A stretch of DNA of 64,000 bases, from assembly GCF_009914755.1 (NCBI RefSeq), contig NC_060931.1. One strand, 5' to 3'. Source of the stretch: the human T2T-CHM13v2.0 reference genome, Homo sapiens. A program made the translations under genes and the position numbers. Shown in pieces: positions 47,480 to 62,264 of the stretch (the stretch's first letter is position 1; every line of letters starts with the position of its first letter). The notes below the pieces were generated by a model, which did not search any database, was not told the DNA's origin, and saw only the letters and a program-made list of their open reading frames with translations.

Positions 47480-47783
47480 AAAAACTATGTAGAGGCCTGG
47501 TCCCATCACTGCCAAATTAAATCAGAATTTTCAGAGGATGAGGCAGGGGACTGACATATATATATTTAATTTCCTAGGTGAATATACTGTGTAGGATGGA
47601 AACTAGTGACTAGTTCAATTCTCCTGCTTTTCAGATGAAGAAAATTAAACACTACAGGATTTAGTGGAGTGCTCAAGAACACAGTGTTGGCTTTCAGAAC
47701 CAAACTAGCACTCAATTCTACTAATTCACAGCTTATCCATCTCTTAATAACATATTACCTCTTCATTTTAATGTCACCAACTT

Positions 47784-48106
47784 ATTTATTTACTCATTTT
47801 GTTTTTGAGACGGGGTCTCGCTCTGTCACCCAGCCTGGAGGCAGTGGCACACTCTTGGCTCACTGCAACCTCTGCCTACTGGGTCCAAGCGATTCTGCCT
47901 CAGCTTCTTGAGTGGCTGGGACTACAGGCATGTACTACCATGCCTAACTAATTTTTCTTTCTTTTTTTTTTTTTTTTTTTTTTTTTTTTGTAGAGGCAGG
48001 GTTTCACTATGTTGGCCTGGCTGGTCTCAAACTCCTGACCTTGTGATCGGCCCTCCTCAGCCTCCCAAAGTGTTGGGATTATAGGCATGAGCCACCGTGG
48101 CCGGCC
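47784..48106 (-). mobile_element. AluS with expanded middle A-rich linker; TSD ttaatgtcaccaactt
   Basis: 16-bp TSD at 47768-47783 and 48107-48122. Confidence 0.95.
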
Positions 48107-48836
48107 TTAATGTCACCAACTTTTTCAAAGAAATGGTAGGCTTACCTACACAATCTTAAATAATGTTGAACATGCTTTGAAATTCTGAAATTCTCTTGCT
48201 AAGCTATAGGAAGTATCCTTTTATGTTGATTATTAATAGTTTTACTGTGCATTTAGAAATATTGTATACATGTGATAACTGAAGTTTTGTTGCCAAAAGG
48301 AAAAGCTTTCGCAATGAGTTTACCAGGCAATAAAAATTCACTACTTATTTGCACTTTGGTACATTTTTAATTAGCTAAGGGAAACTTCTTTAACTTCTAA
48401 CCCAAAATTACACTTTTTAGAAATTTTGGCTTAAAATCTGTGGCTTATGGAAACTGTCATATAGGAATTGTATTTTATTTCCACGTAGAAGTCAATTTAC
48501 AAGCAAATTGTTAGGATCACATGAATTTGACATTAATTTTACAATTTTAATAACAAATTTATTTTTAGAAGCCATCTCGTTATGATTTCTCTGATTATTA
48601 ACTTGATTCCATAATTGACTTTGCAATCTTTGGTTAGCCAATACACACCCTCTACCATCATTAATAACATTTTTGCTCCAGCTTATTAAGAAATGATGCT
48701 CATCTCATTTCATGCTCTGGAAGCTTGATGTCAGGAAAGGCAGCTTTAATTATAAGCTTTAAGAACAGAAGCTTAATCCCAACTTGGATTTAGCAAATTT
48801 GAAAGCACTGTTAAGGCTACCTTCATTCACAGTTAC

Positions 48837-48893
48837 CTGGATATTGGGTCTCCTTTTTCTTAAATTAATTGTTGGTATACCTACACCAATAGG
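48837..48893 (-). CDS. CACNA2D1: CACNA2D1 alternative exon 18a / region A (57 nt) PIGVGIPTINLRKRRPNIQ
   Basis: cag acceptor, CAG|gtaact donor, phase 0/0 cassette; matches the known skeletal-muscle insert. Confidence 0.95.
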
Positions 48894-49199
48894 CTGAAGC
48901 AACAGAAAAATGGTAATTCATCATAGTACATGTCAACATAGGTACGGGTTCTATCCTATAATCAATTTTCGTCAGATATTTCCTTGATTGCAAAAAGGTC
49001 TAAATGATAGAATTCAAAATATTTGGTAGGTATGGAGTTCATGAGTCAATAAAATAAGAATGTAAAAATATCTTCAATGAATACAAACTGTTACATTTTT
49101 AAGAAAAATGACTATTATTTTTCTTTTTCTAGAAAAGTACGTATTTGGGAAGTGGGAAAAATGGTTGTTTGTCCCAGATTACTTTTCCATTGATTTGAC

Positions 49200-49241
49200 A
49201 AAAAAAAAAAAAAAAAAAAAAAAGAGAGAGAGAGAGAGAGA
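49200..49241 (+). repeat. Poly(A) followed by (GA)n microsatellite
   Basis: directly visible. Confidence 0.9.
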
Positions 49242-49286
49242 AATAACAATTTTCTCAAAAAATTGACCCAAATATAAATATTTTTA

Positions 49287-49628
49287 ATGTCCATCCCTCA
49301 ATTCATATGTTGAAATCCTCATCTCCAGAGATGATGGTATCCAAAGGCTTTTGGGAGGTGATTAGGTCTTGGTTGGTGGGTCCCTCATGAATGGGACTGG
49401 TGCCCTTGTAAAAGACGCCCTAGAGAGAGACACGTCTCACCCCTTCTCCTCCATGTGAGGTTAGAGTGAGAAGATGGCTGTCTAGAGGGAGGCAAGCCCT
49501 TACAGAACACCAATCTGTCCAAGCCTTCATCTTGAACTTCCCAGTCTTCAGAACTGTGAGTTACTAAATTCTGTTTATAAGCCACCCAGTCTATAGTATT
49601 TTGTTATAGCAGCCTGAATGAACCAAGA
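49287..49628 (+). mobile_element. MaLR solo LTR (MLT1A/MST-like)
   Basis: attcatatgttgaaatcct...ctcatgaatggga...cagaactgtgag...ataagccacccagtcta...ttgttatagcagcc. Confidence 0.85.
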
Positions 49629-50924
49629 AAATTGTACGATATTAAAAAGTTTTAACGTTTCATATTTGTGCCTTTGTTTTCTGAAGTGATACCAAATGTT
49701 ATATCTATGAAACTAATAGAGAATGTAACCATAACAGTGTAGATTTATTTTAAATATTAACTTCTCAAACATAGATTATGCACAATTTCCTATACAATAC
49801 ATATTTCTTAGAATTGAACAAAATGAGATATCTAATTAAGTAGACCTAACCTGGCTACTTCAATGACACAAAACGGAAGAAAGTTAAAATCCATTTTGGA
49901 ATAAAGCAGAATACATAATTCAACATACGTCAAAATGTGGTCATGCTGGTAAAAGTACACACTGAGAAAATGTTATGAATCCTTAAAAAATTAAATATGT
50001 GAAAAGTCCGTAGCTATTTTATGATATTCTGGGGGCTTTTAAAGAACACTCATCTTCTACAAAAAAAAAAAGAGGAATACTTGCATAACATTAGACTTTC
50101 ACCTTGTTAAATAATAATGGCTGCTATAGATATAGCATTATTTTTCTTCACTTGTATTAATGAATTTCTGATAAAATAATTAAGATTTTGTTAGTATACT
50201 GTTACCATATGTTCCTTTGTATTTGTTGATTTCTAAAGCAATTATCTTATACTATATCATCCTTTTATGAGGTCTTGTATCAATCTGTATAGCGTGCTCC
50301 TTTAGCCACTAAATGGAATCATAAATGGAAATCATAATATTTACTGAATTAATGATGAGAATTCATAAGCATGAATTTCAGAAATAAAGAATAAATTGAT
50401 GTTCAGAATAATTTCTTTTTCATGGTGTTCTGAAATAGTATTTTTGGAAATGTCTTTCTGTTACATATTAATATTTGCTTTAATAAAATCCAAATATAAA
50501 GATATGCAAAGCTAATTTATAATATGGAAGAAAAATATCAATTGGGCTTTAATGAAGTTGCTAAAGAATTTGTTTTCTCTGTAATATTATAAATTTTAGT
50601 GAATTATTTCAAATACGAGCCAAATATAGGTTAATGTCATTCAAATAGTAATATTTTCTACATAAATACTGGTTATTAGTAGAAGAATGTAGAAAAGGAA
50701 AAAAACTTCAAATTATTACTTCTCTTTCACTATGAAAACTGCCTAAATTGTTACAGCCCTTAGATGGTAGATTTATATATATAGATATATAGATATATAT
50801 ATATAAATCATATATGCATTATTGTACTTATTCTTCTGTCTATGATATATGTTAGTTCCTTTGGGTAAGGGTTAAGGTTTATAATCACAAAAGTAGAGAT
50901 CCTTCACACCCTTCATCACATTAC

Positions 50925-51246
<322 letters not shown>

Positions 51247-52593
51247 TGAATTACTTTAGTTAGGGGAATTTAATTGAAAATACACTGGATATACAAAGCC
51301 CAAACAATAATACTTCAAAATTATAAAAAAATTTAAGATATAAAAAGTTTTCAAGCTATAGCAAAATCATAGGATGATTAGCCAAACATAAATTACTCTT
51401 TTAAGAGGAATTTAACAGGATATGCTTTTAAAGAGCTGTGGTAGTTTAATAATAATATGAAAAAGTACTTATGCAACATTTATATTAAAACAACACATTT
51501 AAACATAACTAGGGTGATCAACAGCTACACGTGCTACAGATAATTATGTGATGAATTTGATATGGAAATACGTTCCAAAGTCAGATAAACTAAAATAGAC
51601 ATTAGTTATAAAATGTAATATTATTTAATGTATTAAAATATATAATTAATATATTACATTTAATGTATTTTTGCATTCAATATCAATAGTTCTCTTATGG
51701 ATTTGAACCATATTTAAATAACACAAGTTTTTGTGTGAGTATGTTCACACACTTGTGATATATTCTAATATATGACTAACATTAACTATCCATGACTCGG
51801 GAGAAAGTAGTAGTATGCATAAGTCTGCATGGTTTAAAGGATCTTCAACATTATCTTCAAAGTATAACAATAACTAAAAGGATGCTTCTAAAGTTACAAT
51901 TATAAGACGTCTAAATAAATTTTGCTATTAATGCCCTGTGAAACAGTTCATGAAGAGTGAAATGAGTTGTACAAGGTAATTTGTGAAAATATCTTGTATC
52001 TTGAGAAAATAGGCATAAAAATTAGGATAATATGGTTCATCGATGGCATTTTATCTCTTTCAGATTAACTTGCTGATTAATAAATACTTCCCATTTCTGA
52101 AGCCCATCACATGGATTTTACTTATACAATCTCTTACATCTGTTTACAGGCCTGTCCTAAAGTAAAAGGAAAACCATTCTGGGAGATGGAAAGCAGAGTT
52201 AATTACTAGAAGAGAAGGGCAATAGAAAATGTGGCCTGGACATAAATAAACATTACTAATATTTATCAGGTTCACACTCCTGTCTGGAGCAATATCCTTT
52301 TTATCTTACAGCCTTAAAATCAAAGTCAGAAGTGGGATGCATGAAATTGAGGCTCAGTGGGTGATAATGGCTGTCTTTGAGATAAAAATGTTGCAGCTAA
52401 ATTGGTAACAGAAAATGAAAACTGCTTTCACACTTTCATATAGTATCATGTGTGGTCCTTGTCATCTAAGAAGAGAGACGCATTAGAGACTGTACTTTGA
52501 TATTTAGTGTTATACGGTAAATTTTAAAACAACAATCCTATTAAGAACATTAATCATTAATTCTACAAAACACTAATCACTGTAAACAAATTA

Positions 52594-52731
<138 letters not shown>

Positions 52732-52944
52732 CTATATTCTTTTAAATACATAATGTATTAAATACACATTGTATAGCATGTTGAAAGATAACATGGAATC
52801 ATTTTATTTTAGAGATGCTTTTAACCATTTAGTTCCTTTGCTAAGATAACTGCCCATAATTTTTGAGAATTACCTAAGTGCCAAGCTAAGTTAGTACAGA
52901 GTTCTAAACTAGAAAGGGTATCAAAAGAGCAAATTTCATCTTAC

Positions 52945-53019
52945 TGTAAAACGTGGTGTCAGTCTTTTAATATCTTCCAAAGACACATCTACTCCCATCA
53001 CACCAAGAATCAGCTGGTT
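52945..53019 (-). CDS. CACNA2D1: CACNA2D1 exon ~17 (75 nt) NQLILGVMGVDVSLEDIKRLTPRFT (dCache1)
   Basis: tag acceptor, gtaaga donor. Confidence 0.97.
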
Positions 53020-54858
53020 CTATAATAAGAGGGCAAAAAATGGCATTTTATGTCAAAAATTTACGTATTTTTACACAATTATCATATGATCATCTTTTGC
53101 TTGCATTATGGTTATATTCCACATTAGTTTAAATGTATATATAGGGTGAAGCACTCTCAGTGTCAATTTACAAGGATTCTCAGCTTTGTTTCCCACAACT
53201 TTATCATCATCATTTAACTTAGCAAAGAAAATCTAGATAATTGAGGCTAAAATATATAAAGGATAAATAAAAATGTTTGACACTTCTTGTACCCTTTTCT
53301 TCTAATATTTATTTTCACTGCTATTGTACGGTCAGCCCTTATAGCTGTGTGTCTATATATGTGAGTTTAGATTGACTTTATGGTTTACTATAATTAAGAA
53401 ACCACAAGAATGTCCAGCTTAAAGATTATACAATATAGAATAAGAACACATTGGATTTTTGCTGCAGATAGTTCCTGTGTATGTAACTATCCTAAAAGTA
53501 TGTGACCATATTGGTGATAAAATCCTCAAAACACTATTTCTAGTCACTGCTAATAACTTCTATATACCAAGCAACAGGCATCATAGTTTTAGGTGCAAGT
53601 AGAGGAGGCTTGTGGCAAACTGCTATCATAATCTTCTATGGGACATAAAGATGGAAATTGTTTTAAAATTTTGGGTCCAAAATTGTTGTTTCAAATGGAA
53701 TTATATAAATTATAAAATAATAAGCAAAAAATTATAAAATCTAGTAATTACAAAAACATTTAAACCTTGTGTAGGCACAGATAGAGTAAGAAAGTTGTAT
53801 CAACAACTATGCTCTTTTCCATGAACCAATCCTAGTCTGAGCAAAAACTTCCCAACTGAAGCAATCTCTTAGTTCACAGTGAGATCTGTGAACACGTATG
53901 AGAAAGTGAGAGTTACTCTTTTATGAGTTACAATATTTAGAACCTGCAGATAGTTAAGAATGGTAATAGGCCCCCAAAGAGAAATAACTGTTTTCTATGG
54001 CCACCTTATTAACATAAGGAGTTCAACTGAGATATATAATAACTGATCAAACAATGCTTAAGTGCAGCAGACGTCATGAAACCATAAACTGGAAATAAAT
54101 ATCTACTCAAATCAAGTATATCACCTACATTATAAAATCAGTTTCTAGTATTAAAAAAGTCTTAACTTCAAAATCTCAAATTCCTTCTGAATCAAGCTAA
54201 AAAATTGGAATGCAATCCTATTTAAAATCAAAAGCATTTAACAAATAATAAGTACAAGATAAATAATTTTTAGAACTTTTAAATAGGCATTTTACTGCAT
54301 TGACAAAAAACCAGTGCTATAAAAATTAAGCATTCTATGAAATTATTCTTCCTGTATCCTAAAAATAGAAAAAAAAAGAGAAATATTAATTTAAATCAGA
54401 TCCTTAAGTTACAAGATAATTTTTAAAAAGCTATTGTTTGGGAGTTGGGGAGGAATGATTTAATATACCAATGTACACCTGATACAAACATCGCCATGCT
54501 TTTGGTCTTTGGATTTTTCTTTCTAAACTCCATTAATAGCTCAGATGGATTCTTAAAATGTGCACACAATATTACTGTCCATTTATCATATAATTACTCC
54601 CAGAGTCTGACTCTGTGTTCTCATCAGGTCATAGTTAAGTGGAGTTAAGTTGAATCTTGGCTCTAGGGCAACAGAGAGTTTGACCTGCATTTCCTTTTTC
54701 CCAGGTGGTTATCGCATAGGCAGCTGTTGCCTTTGACCTCTGGCCTCACAAGACAATTACACTGCATGTATTTTCTTATGGAAATATCTTATCCATGTTG
54801 AGCTTCAACGTCACAGTTTGTCATTTATTATTATTAATTTTATCAATTAACTTTTAAC

Positions 54859-54936
54859 CTTTAAGTTTGTCTTATTTTCAAATTGGCCGGTTATGTTGAA
54901 GACCGGAAGAGTTCCAGTAATGACAAGTCCCAGTTC
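54859..54936 (-). CDS. CACNA2D1: CACNA2D1 exon ~16 (78 nt) ELGLVITGTLPVFNITGQFENKTNLK
   Basis: tag acceptor, weak AAG|gttaaa donor. Confidence 0.96.
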
Positions 54937-55856
54937 CTAAAAATAGATTCAGAGAGAAAGGGCAAATTAAAATTACAATTTAAGCTTTGTCAGAGTGCAC
55001 TAACCTTTGATATCTGAGATTGCATTTTATAGTTACTTTATAAAGAGCCACAAAAACTAGTAACTCATTTTGAATATCTATTAAAATTTATTTTTAAAAT
55101 ATCAAGGAAAATATCTTGGAAATAATTAGGACCTACTAGGCACCTACTGAAGCATGCAACATTTAAAATAATCCTCTAAGATAACTTCAAAAATAATCAG
55201 CTTACACAAATAGTCAACAGCCTGTATGCATTTCAGTAACCCTGTGTCCTCCCCCTTTTTCATAGTGATAGTTCACCTAATATCAGGGCCTCCATAAGCA
55301 GAGTGATAATAAAATATTATTTTAAGTGATTATTTAGCTTCCCTTTTTGTAGCCTTATTCTTTATTTTTTATGCCCTAAGCCAAAGACTTCATGCTAAAT
55401 GAAAAATGTGCAGTTGAATAACATGATAAATAAAAGAAACATTCTATTGATACTGCATATCTGGGATATTCTAAGTAAATGTTACGCTCTTCAGAAGCAG
55501 TACTACTTTTCTAAGTAGACCCCAAAATAAGCAGTACTTTTTGACAAGTAAAATTATGAAGAAAAGACAACTGCAAGCATCAAATATAAAAGTCTAGTCT
55601 GAAGAGTTTAACATAGTAGAACTAATGCCATCCTATTAATCAGCACATAATTTAATACATTAAATGAATCCATACAGATTAGTCAAAATAAACTGATTTT
55701 CAAGTCAGAGTTTGCTTTTGTTACTGACATCTATATCCATTATAATTTTAACCATTTCATGTCAAAACTACATTTAACAAAATCACTCTTTAAAATAATT
55801 TTTATTGTTTGAAATTTTGAATTTGCTAAATGAGAAATTATTATTAATCTTCTCAC

Positions 55857-55948
55857 GAATAGTGATTCCAAATCCAAATCTCAAGAACTCAGAACAGAGT
55901 TCTGGAATCAGAACCGAGTTCATAAAGTTGGATTTGGAATAATTATTC
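55857..55948. repeat. Imperfect palindrome/hairpin with a 13-bp perfect core
   Basis: attccaaatccaa (55865-55877) / ttggatttggaat (55928-55940), plus gaata/tattc and gaactc/gagttc pairs. Confidence 0.85.
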
Positions 55949-56168
55949 ACTAGAACATTAAAAATATTTATTAATATCAGGGAGCAAATGTTGTGGTATC
56001 AGGTTGTGGTTCATAATTGTGCACATAGGAGGCCCAAATTCAATGGGAATATGAATGAATTAGGGAGGAGAGACAATAATAGAGAAGCTTCCAGAAGACC
56101 AAAATACCAAATTATTTGCAGCAAATAAAACTAAGGAAACAACCATACATATTTGGGTGCATGATGAT

Positions 56169-56524
56169 TGATATGGTTTGGCTGTGTTCCCACACAAATC
56201 TCATCTTCAGTTGTAGTTCCCATAATCCCCACGTGTTGTGGGAGAGATCCAGAGGTAATTGAACCATGGTACGGTTTCCCCCATGTTATTCTCGTGATAG
56301 TGAGTAATTTCTCACGAGGTCTGATGGTTTTTAAGTGGCTTTCCCCTTCGCTCAACACTTATTCTCTCTCCTGCTGCCTGGCGAAGAGATGCTTTCCGCC
56401 ATGATTTTAAGTTTCCTGAGGCCTCCCCAGCCACATGGAACTGTGAGTCAATTAAACCTTTTTTCTTTATAAAGTACTCAGTCTTGGGGATTTCTTCACA
56501 GCAGTGTGAGAACAGACTCATACA
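56169..56524 (+). mobile_element. THE1(C/D-like) MaLR solo LTR
   Basis: tgatatggtttggctgtg...actcataca ends, 5-bp TSD atgat/gtgat. Confidence 0.92.
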
Positions 56525-58239
56525 GTGATAGACACATGTTGGCGCTTATAAAGTCCTAACCAAGAACATTAGACAATGAAACATCCTTAATTATATAAAT
56601 TAATGCTTCCAATGAAAACCTCCCACCTCAATAAAGTCAGGCTATAGATTAATTCGTAAAACTGGTATCCAAAAGATAATTTAGTAAGGATTTGGTGAAG
56701 TGTCTGTTAGAGCTATAATCTATATGCATGGTTTTAAAAATGCTACCATGGTTTAAGACAAGGTAGATATGGATGTAATCATTTCCTTTGCATTACTTTT
56801 GCATTTATACTGCATACCATAATTTGCTTCTAAAAATGGTAAAATGTAGCCTAAAGTGAGTTACTAGATTACTAACATATTAAAGATAATTATGAATGAA
56901 CTCATTTGGGCCCAACTTGAATTTTTTTCTCATTTACTAAGCAGACCAAAAACTTGTACTCTACTCCTGAGTACTGCACATGTCTCTAGAAAATAAGAGA
57001 GAAATAAAACAAGATTTCTCTACCCTGGAATTTTAAAAATATTTTCTAGAGCCCAACTCTTGTCATATCTCTTTTTATAAAGAGCTTCACTTTGTCTCCT
57101 AATTAAAATGAACTCTCCACAATATTGTCCTAATCTCCCCTTATTACCAAAAATGACCAAGGTATCATTTTTTTGATATACTCAGTGCTTCCCCAACTTT
57201 TATGCTATACCCCATTTTTATGGTTTCACTTTTCACCACCAATTGCAAAAATCTTACACTAATATCAGCTAAAATGTCTCCATTTTCTTAACCACAACCC
57301 ACTTTGCCCCCAATATTGGCTTCATTTTGAAGTCAAAATTCTTTTTCTCATTATATCCATTATATTTCGTTTTGAAATATATTTACCTTTTCCTTTTTAA
57401 TATAACTGTTTATTTTTGACCAACATATATTTTTAATCTGCTGTGTGGAGAGATTATAAACAAATAACTAGGAATATATGAGGATCACTTTATCATCTTC
57501 AAAACAGTAAAAATAACGCTATATGTGTCCAATGAATAGCAAATTCACGTGTTCCTTTTTTTTTTTTTTTTACATTCAGTTTCAGCTTATAGCACAGCAC
57601 ATTTAGAACCAACATTTCCTCCTAATGTCATTTGTGCTATCAGTAAGAACCTTACCAGCAATGCAGACATGCTGGCTAATGAACTTCCAGTCAAAGGAAA
57701 CACAACAGGGCATAATTATTGACTCCTCCTATCATACACTGTCCTGTGATGGATTTGAAAAGTGCAACATTTTGACCACAGCTTTGGATCACTATGTGAC
57801 CTTAAGTAAATATGTGATGTCTAAAAGGAACACTGGACAGTAATTTTAAGCTAGGGCTTGAGGTAAGCAAGCTTCATTTTATCTTCCTTAGCGTGCAAGG
57901 CTGCTGTTAATAGTGCCTATTTTTCTTCTAACTTCCTGTATATGTTTATTTTCTAAAAACCAAATGATAAGTAATTCTAAATGGACTGCATTTTGCCCTA
58001 TGGGTTCATCATTACATTTGGAAAAGTAGTAAGAACATATCACTGAACTCCAAGTAGGGAAAAGGGTTACTGAATCAGCATTTATTTTCAGGTCTTATTA
58101 TTTTGATTCTCTCCAAATATATTATTTTAGTAAATTATTCATAAGTTCTTCTCATTAAGACTAAACATAAGAATAAAGCTTAAGTGCGATGATTATTATT
58201 TATAACTTTCATGTCAGGAAAGTAAAAATTACATTTAAA

Positions 58240-58665
58240 AGATTTTCAACTTTGGCCCTATTGACATTTTTGGAGGGAAAATACTTTGTTGTGTGTGGTA
58301 GGCATTTTCCTCTGCATTACAGGATTGTTTAACAGCGTGCCTGGCCTCTGTCCACTCAGGGGTGTCCAATCTTTTGGCTTCCCTGGGCCACACTGAGAGA
58401 AGATGAATTGTCTTGGGCCACACCTAAAATACACTAATACTAACAATAGTTGAGATTTTTAAAAAAGCAAAAAATAACATAATGTTTTAAGAAAGTGTAC
58501 AAGTTTATGTTGGGCTGCATTCAAAGCCATCCTGGACCACAGGTTGGACAAGCTTGCTCTAGATGCCAGTAGCAACCCCTCCCCTCAAGCCATGACAATC
58601 AAAAATGCAGATTTTTTCCAAATGAACTGTGAGGGGCAAAAAGACCCCCTTGTTGAGAACCACTG
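58240..58665 (-). mobile_element. MER20 (hAT-Charlie) interrupted by MER30
   Basis: ctattgacattttt...cctggcctct | ctagatgccagtagc...ttgagaaccactg. Confidence 0.85.
58357..58556 (+). mobile_element. MER30 (hAT-Charlie) nested insertion
   Basis: caggggtgtccaatcttttggcttccctgggccaca...ggttggacaagcttg. Confidence 0.9.
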
Positions 58666-59324
58666 CTTTTAAATATAATGACATATCTTTACTAAAATGT
58701 CAATTGTGCGATGGACAATTTAACATGTGTTTGTTATTTCACACCAGATTTGATCACCTCAATGACGTATTTCCATAAAAAGTATGAGGTTGAATCTAGC
58801 ACAAAAGATTATATTAATACATGAAGAAGTTTGTGATGATTTCAGTATAAGGTAAAGTTTTTGCCTATCTAATCGCATGTACTCCTGAGTTTTAGCAGAT
58901 CCAGCTATAGCTGTGGAGGCTAGACATGCTTCTACTAGCTCCTCTACTTTAAAAATACTTTCTTCAAAATTATTGTTCTAACTCTGCAAAAATAGATTCT
59001 AATTCACAAAGACTTTCATCTTTTTTTTTACATTAACAATTAAAAAACTTATTGAAATGCCCATGTATTCAACATTCCAGGTTGGAAATTCTACATTCCC
59101 AATGAAGGGATCAAGTAGACAATAAGCTAACACTTTGCATTTGTAGTTTTCTACTACATACGAGTCTATGTTTTTATGTAAATTATATAAATTCTAGGAA
59201 AGAAGTCTGTGATAGAAGAAATTTTGGGGAGGGTTTAATGAAAAGGAAAACAGAGACATCATCTAGAAAGAAGTAGAAATCATCTGTGTGCTTTTGTTAT
59301 GACAGTCTTTGACTGAATAGCTCA

Positions 59325-59486
<162 letters not shown>

Positions 59487-60640
59487 TTACAGAGAAAAAA
59501 TATTCTAGAGTTAAAAATGAATATAGAATCAAAATTATTGAGACTGAATATATAATCAGTTAATTTCTATTTTGGGTACTCCATAGGTGGTATGGCTACG
59601 TTATTTTGAATGAACAATATTTGACTTACATTATTTATACAATATATCTACCCCAGTTTTTTTCTAGTAACAATCAGAGCATTGTTTTTCTGTGTTACAG
59701 CCAGTAAGTGAAATACGTTCCCTGTGAATTGTTTCATGTTAATCTAAACTATTTAAGGCTCTGTGATTTACTGCGTGGAATTGCACAAATTTAAAATCAT
59801 ACAGCAGCCACATACTTTCTTTCATATCACAGATTGTTTGGCTGAAATTCAAAACTACATTTAAACACATCAAAAAATAAAGGAAATACTGTGCCAAATC
59901 TAGACATCAGACTCAAATGCAGCTGCTGTTTCATTTCAACATTCAGTGTATTCAGTATTCACGTCCACAAATGCCATGTTATTTATGCTAAATTTTGACT
60001 TCGTTTATTTTGTAGATCTTCAGCTATGTTTAAAAAGGAGTAGCAATTTTCATAGTAATTTATGATTATTTAAAAAGAATAAATATTTAAATTAACTTAA
60101 TTACTACATTCTACAAAAAGTTATTTAACAGGCATGTTTTCAAGTGAATGATGTTAGAAAAATCATCTCCTTGTTGTAACTTTATTTTAGATTGATAAAT
60201 AGATCCACAGGGGTTATTTGGGAGGTATTTAAGTTCCAACTAGGTCCCTGTAAAATTTGTCCAGCATAATTAGTGTTTAATTTTATACACAGTACCTACA
60301 ATTTGAAGAAACTTTTAAAAATTATTTGTAGTAGACTCAAGTTCAAATTACATGAAATGTATTTTTAGAAAATTTGATTTTATTTATTTTCTATGATGTT
60401 TGTAACATCTGAAAATAACAATATACTCATTTTATTAACCTGAGTTTTGGTTATTTGAAAACACTTGCAATGTTAATGAAATAAAACCAATGTATCAACA
60501 AGATACTCAGTATTTTAATATAGGTGTAATATTATAGATCTTTTCATTCTTGCTAATTTTCTCCATATTGAGCATATTTAAACCAGAAAAATATCTTTTA
60601 CTTGAAAAAAATAATTTAAACAAGTTTTAAATAATCATAC

Positions 60641-60690
60641 CTGAGTATTGATTCTTATTGCACCAATGGAAGGAATTTCATAATAATAAC
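60641..60690 (-). CDS. CACNA2D1: CACNA2D1 exon ~14 (50 nt) GYYYEIPSIGAIRINTQ
   Basis: cag acceptor, gtatga donor, phase consistent. Confidence 0.97.
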
Positions 60691-61560
60691 CTGAAATATA
60701 CATATATGTTTTTATACATAAATGTTACTTTATAATAAAGGGCCACAAAATTATTTTATTTTATAAATATTTTATAAAGAGTATTTTGAAAACAATATAT
60801 TTCACTTCAAAACTGAGCTAATACTGAAATATCAAAATTAAGGATGGTTAATGAATCTTCACAACAAACACACAGGCTTTGTGAAAAATTTCATTACATT
60901 TCTTAGTTACTATAAAATAGGTATTCTTCTATGAAGGAATAGGAAACATGGTATCATTAAAAATATTTTTTCATTGGATAAATTATTAAAGATGCATGAT
61001 GGATAATTATTATATTTATATAAAATCTTTGCCTAAATATAACTTTCAGAAAAAATTTAAGTTCTTTTTGTTGCCATGGTATCACAGTTCATTTCTCAAA
61101 TTAACATATGTTTTTCTCAGTAACATCATTCTTTCTGAGTGAAAATATGAGCTCACTGCAAATATTTGAATTATCCTGGAATGTATAAGGTAATATTTTT
61201 CAAAAACAGTAATTAAACCACTCAGAGAAAAAAATATGTATGTCATACTCTCATATTTAAGCTTTATGAAATTCAGATATTGTTTCATTCCTAATTTTTC
61301 ATTTAAGATTATATCTGATATATATCATTCAGTATAATTCAGTGTAATACATTATTTTATGAATGTGGAAATATAATCAGATATCAGAATTTTCATATAA
61401 TGTAATGCCAGTGTCAAAATTGGTATGTGTTTTCTCTATAAAAACATGTTCAGAATCTTACTCTTGTCTGATTCCTATAAAAGTTAGCTACAATTTTAGC
61501 TTATTTTAAATAAGTACACCTAATAACAACTACCAAAATAGTTTTTCTTCTAATTTATTA

Positions 61561-61683
<123 letters not shown>

Positions 61684-61951
61684 TCATTAGGCTGAATAAA
61701 ATTTAATTCAATGGCAAAATAAAACAGCTAAAATTTCTATTGAAAAGAGTGCTTTCCAGTTGAATGATATGACAAGAAAAACTGAGGCCAGTAAAGCCTT
61801 CAGAAAGAGACCAGAGGAAAATCACATAACCTACTGTAAACACAGACTCCAGTTGCTACATTTAAATTTGTACCTGAGTGTCATGTTGCATATTCCAATC
61901 CTCAGGCAGGAGTATGACTAATGTTTCATTCATAGAAAGTACATCTTTCAT

Positions 61952-62264
<313 letters not shown>

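Noticed and set aside
51609-51663. AT-rich inverted repeat (aaatgtaatat / atattacattt)
   Set aside because: Low-complexity AT sequence; expected by chance (similar cases near 19405 and 29155)
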